Source: Candidatus Heimdallarchaeota archaeon (GTDB lineage: Archaea > Asgardarchaeota > Heimdallarchaeia > Hodarchaeales > Hodarchaeaceae). Taken from it: DNA of 64,000 nucleotides. Shown in pieces: positions 60,937-64,000 of this stretch. Every line of letters begins with the position of its first letter. Within the stretch, counting starts at the first letter, position 1. Below the pieces are notes generated by a model. That model worked only from the letters and a program-made list of their open reading frames with translations. It had not been told where the DNA came from and did not search any database. Location of the stretch: assembly GCA_020353515.1 (NCBI GenBank), contig CP070695.1:4689414-4753413 (forward strand). The letters run 5' to 3'. A program made the translations under genes and the position numbers.

Positions 60937-63546
60937 ATGAAAAGAAAAACAATCTTTGTTTTATTAGTTATATTAAGTCTTCTAGGAAGTCTTTTTTTAA
61001 TGGATGGTGTTGGAACTAATCCAACGCTTGAATTACAATCTATGAATGAACAAATATATCAAGTAAACACCATTCCTTTCAGTTGGATAGATATAGTTAG
61101 CACAGGTACTCATTTAATCTTGTCCGATGATTCTTACTCAACTGTTGTTATACCCTTCGATTTTCCTTTCTATGATGAAGCATTTACTACAGTATTAGTC
61201 AGTAGTAACGGATTTCTAACATTTAATACTAGTACTAATCCTTCGAAAACTTATGGCGATATCCCACAGAGTGAGTTCACATATCTAATTGCCTTATATT
61301 GGACTGATCTGTATCCTGACGATCTTTATGGTGGTGGGGGTGTGTATTATCAGTCCTTTGAAGATTATCTAGTCATTCAATATCATAACATCTCAACCTG
61401 TTGCAGTGGGTATTTGGCAGGTGACTTTGAAGTTGTTCTTCACTCTTCAGGAATAATTCAAATGTTTTATGCCAACATATCCACTACATTAGGTACTATT
61501 GGTGTTGATAGAGGAAATTCAGAGCAATACACAACGTATTCGATTTTTCCTCCTGTAATTGAAGCAGGTATTGAATTTTCTTCCTCTAGTGGTGTAACCA
61601 TAACTTCAGACACCTATTATGATGATACTGCTTCAAATTACAGATTAACATGGATAGCACATGGAGATATCACTGTTGATTATTATGAAGTCTTCGTGAA
61701 TGATACATCGCAAGGAACTACAACAGATCTAAACATGACCATACCAGTCTCTTCTCCAAGTAACTATAATCTCACAGTAGTACTTCATGCAACTGATCTA
61801 TCAACCTATGAAGATACTATATTTATTATTATGAAAAAACAACCAAGACAATACATGATGAATGAGATCCCGTTCAGCTGGATTAATATCAATACTACCG
61901 GTACTCATCTCGTTTTAGGTGATGACTCTTATCAAAATATCTCATTACCTTTCACCTTTCCTTTCTATAATGAGACATTTGATTCAGTCTTGGTGAGCAG
62001 CAATGGATTTCTTACTTTTTTCAAAACTGATTTGTACCCCTCTACTTTCGGAACTATCCCTCAGACTCAATACAAGTTCTTAATTGCATTATTTTGGACA
62101 GATTTAAACCCCGACGACTCGTATGGCGGTGGGGGTGTCTACTACCAATCCTTTGGTACTTACTGTGTCATCCAATATGAATACATGTCAACATGCTGCA
62201 ATGGGGATTTGGCAGGGGATTTTGAAGTCATTCTTCACTCTTCGGGATTAATTCAGATGTTTTATACCAATATGGCTATTGCTAGCGGCACTATCGGAGT
62301 TGATAAAGGAGATAACGAAAATTATACTGCTTATTCCCTTATTTCTCCTGTAGATGCGGTTGGTATCGAGTTTTTCCTACCTGGAGTAGTAATTACATCA
62401 CCGCATTTTTACCTGGAAGAAGATATTGAGTACACTATAAAATGGTCGCCAATGGGAGTATTAGATGTAATACATTACGAAATTTTAGTGAATGATATCT
62501 CGCAAGGGACTACAACAGATCTAAACATGACCATACCAGTCTCTTCTCCAAGTAACTATAATATCACAGTAGTCCTTTATACTGATTTATCATATTATTC
62601 CGATCAAATACATCTAGCAATGGTTCAACCAATAGTCACAGGATTGTATGTTGGCGCTTTTTTAAGTTATGAATTTATCAATGAGGATCCTGTAGAAGAA
62701 TATTCTTATATAATCAATACTGCGACGATCATCGAGGAACTTTCGTCATATCGTTGGTTAGTTAATCTGACAACTTTTAATTATGAAGATAAGGAATCAA
62801 AAACCCTCATTACTACATATTCTTCTCTTCGAGAACTAGATAGCGCTTTATTGAGTTCAAACGCGGAATTTTGGAGTAACGCTCATCAATTATCGATTGG
62901 TGACACATTCTTCGCAATAGGTACCATGGGAACAATTGAGGGGGAAAAAGTAATAGATCTGCCTGGAATAGGTAGTATTCCTTGTTGGAAAACTGAAGTA
63001 ATGGTTGGTGAAGGATTCGAGATAAGGGAAGCTTTTGCTTATTACTGCAAAAAAACTGGTGTTTTTATTGCGTTAGAAGCCCCAGAATTCATCAGTGGAA
63101 GACTGATTGATTTCAATTATCCTTTTGGAGATATTAATGAACGTCCGACTATTACAATAGATGAACCTAAGAGTGGAGATACCTTCGATATTAGTACTGA
63201 TACTATTGAGGTCCAAGTTACCGCATCCGATGATAAAGCTGGTTTAAAAGTTAAAATCAAATTAGATGGTGGTGATTGGCAAGATATGACTCATACTGAA
63301 GGTGACCAGTATTCTTATACCTTTACAGATCTCAGTGCGGGCAGACACACCGTCAGGGTGGTCGCGATTGACAATGAGAACCTTGAAGCTACCGATTCCA
63401 TTAGATTTACCATTGAAACAGAAGAAACATCGACATCAGAGGAAACTGAAGGAGAACTCCCTTCAATATCTCCAGGCTTTGAAGTTATTTTACCACTCAT
63501 TTGTCTATTTCCAATATTCTTCTATCGAAAGCACAGAAAAAGCTAA
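60937..63546 (+). CDS. Surface protein with duplicated NIDO-like+Ig module, Ig domain and PGF-type anchor
   Basis: Signal peptide; 2x PFxFPFY...SSNGFLTF...IALxWTDL; C-terminal PGFE+TM+RKHRKS. Confidence 0.85.
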   Translation: MKRKTIFVLLVILSLLGSLFLMDGVGTNPTLELQSMNEQIYQVNTIPFSWIDIVSTGTHLILSDDSYSTVVIPFDFPFYDEAFTTVLVSSNGFLTFNTSTNPSKTYGDIPQSEFTYLIALYWTDLYPDDLYGGGGVYYQSFEDYLVIQYHNISTCCSGYLAGDFEVVLHSSGIIQMFYANISTTLGTIGVDRGNSEQYTTYSIFPPVIEAGIEFSSSSGVTITSDTYYDDTASNYRLTWIAHGDITVDYYEVFVNDTSQGTTTDLNMTIPVSSPSNYNLTVVLHATDLSTYEDTIFIIMKKQPRQYMMNEIPFSWININTTGTHLVLGDDSYQNISLPFTFPFYNETFDSVLVSSNGFLTFFKTDLYPSTFGTIPQTQYKFLIALFWTDLNPDDSYGGGGVYYQSFGTYCVIQYEYMSTCCNGDLAGDFEVILHSSGLIQMFYTNMAIASGTIGVDKGDNENYTAYSLISPVDAVGIEFFLPGVVITSPHFYLEEDIEYTIKWSPMGVLDVIHYEILVNDISQGTTTDLNMTIPVSSPSNYNITVVLYTDLSYYSDQIHLAMVQPIVTGLYVGAFLSYEFINEDPVEEYSYIINTATIIEELSSYRWLVNLTTFNYEDKESKTLITTYSSLRELDSALLSSNAEFWSNAHQLSIGDTFFAIGTMGTIEGEKVIDLPGIGSIPCWKTEVMVGEGFEIREAFAYYCKKTGVFIALEAPEFISGRLIDFNYPFGDINERPTITIDEPKSGDTFDISTDTIEVQVTASDDKAGLKVKIKLDGGDWQDMTHTEGDQYSYTFTDLSAGRHTVRVVAIDNENLEATDSIRFTIETEETSTSEETEGELPSISPGFEVILPLICLFPIFFYRKHRKS
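61717..62562 (+). repeat. 54-bp perfect direct repeat (61717-61770 and 62509-62562)
   Basis: ACTACAACAGATCTAAACATGACCATACCAGTCTCTTCTCCAAGTAACTATAAT twice, offset 792 bp. Confidence 0.9.
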
Positions 63547-63641
63547 AAATATAGGGATTCAGGTTCTGCTAACCTGAGACAAATCTCCTCCCTTTTTCTT
63601 CAAAAATTAAAATTAAATGTTTACACTAAGGTTGATTTAAT

Positions 63642-64000
63642 ATGGCGTTTTCTGAGGAAGATGTTGAAAAAATAGCTAATATTATTACAGATTCCAAGTA
63701 TTTTATTGTTTTTACTGGTGCAGGAATTTCTACAGAATCAGGATTACCAGACTATCGGGGACCTGAAGGGGTATGGACGCTCCGAGAAAAGGGTTTAAAA
63801 CCAAAGTTACCCAGGAAACCAATGCACCTCATTGTGCCAAATCCTAGTCATTTTGCGATTTTCGATCTCTACAAGCTCGGATTTTTGAAGTATTTAATTT
63901 CCCAGAATGTTGATAATCTTCATATAAAATCTGGAATCCCTATAGAGATCCTTGCCGAGCTCCACGGTAATTCAAATAGAATGAAATGTCTTACTTGCGA
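63642..64000 (+). CDS. Sir2-family NAD-dependent deacylase, SIRT6/7 (class IV)-like; 3' truncated by window edge and absent from the ORF track
   Basis: FTGAGISTESGLPDYRGPEGVWT, SQNVDNLH, ELHGN, CxxC. Confidence 0.92.
   Translation, partial: MAFSEEDVEKIANIITDSKYFIVFTGAGISTESGLPDYRGPEGVWTLREKGLKPKLPRKPMHLIVPNPSHFAIFDLYKLGFLKYLISQNVDNLHIKSGIPIEILAELHGNSNRMKCLTC

Noticed and set aside
1-64000. CRISPR array, rRNA, tRNA, transposase or integrase
   Set aside because: No regularly spaced repeats, cloverleaf or recombinase/transposase motifs recognised by eye; a tRNAscan/Infernal run would be needed to exclude them fully

Overview
AT-rich archaeal chromosomal window. Archaeal TFB, AlaX-M, PGF-CTERM-like anchors, tandem C2H2 fingers and a SIRT6-like sirtuin point to an Asgard archaeon, probably Heimdallarchaeia; this is inference, not a database result. 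Housekeeping and metabolic genes (ABC exporter pair, MFS, trxB-like, copA locus, MTAP, PPi-type PFK, hflX, tfb, gcvPA/PB-like, cysS) are interleaved with eight DNA methyltransferase genes of several classes, none with a recognisable restriction endonuclease partner. The best candidate for an undescribed system is at 48.4-53.4 kb: two divergent, Zn-less TGT/DpdA-like transglycosylases, a DUF6884-like protein, a DUF362 protein and an N4-cytosine methyltransferase. Several of these modification proteins end in PCNA-interacting (PIP-box-like) peptides, suggesting clamp-tethered DNA base modification. Other highlights are a single-chain pseudo-dimeric type III Mod methyltransferase (dead half with TRD, active half without), a Cys/His metal domain duplicated between a small protein and the CopA N-terminus, a class IV-like sirtuin, a 91-nt hairpin/MITE-like element before cysS, two pseudogenes, and several apparent CTG/ATC starts. 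No CRISPR array, rRNA, tRNA, transposase or integrase was recognised.
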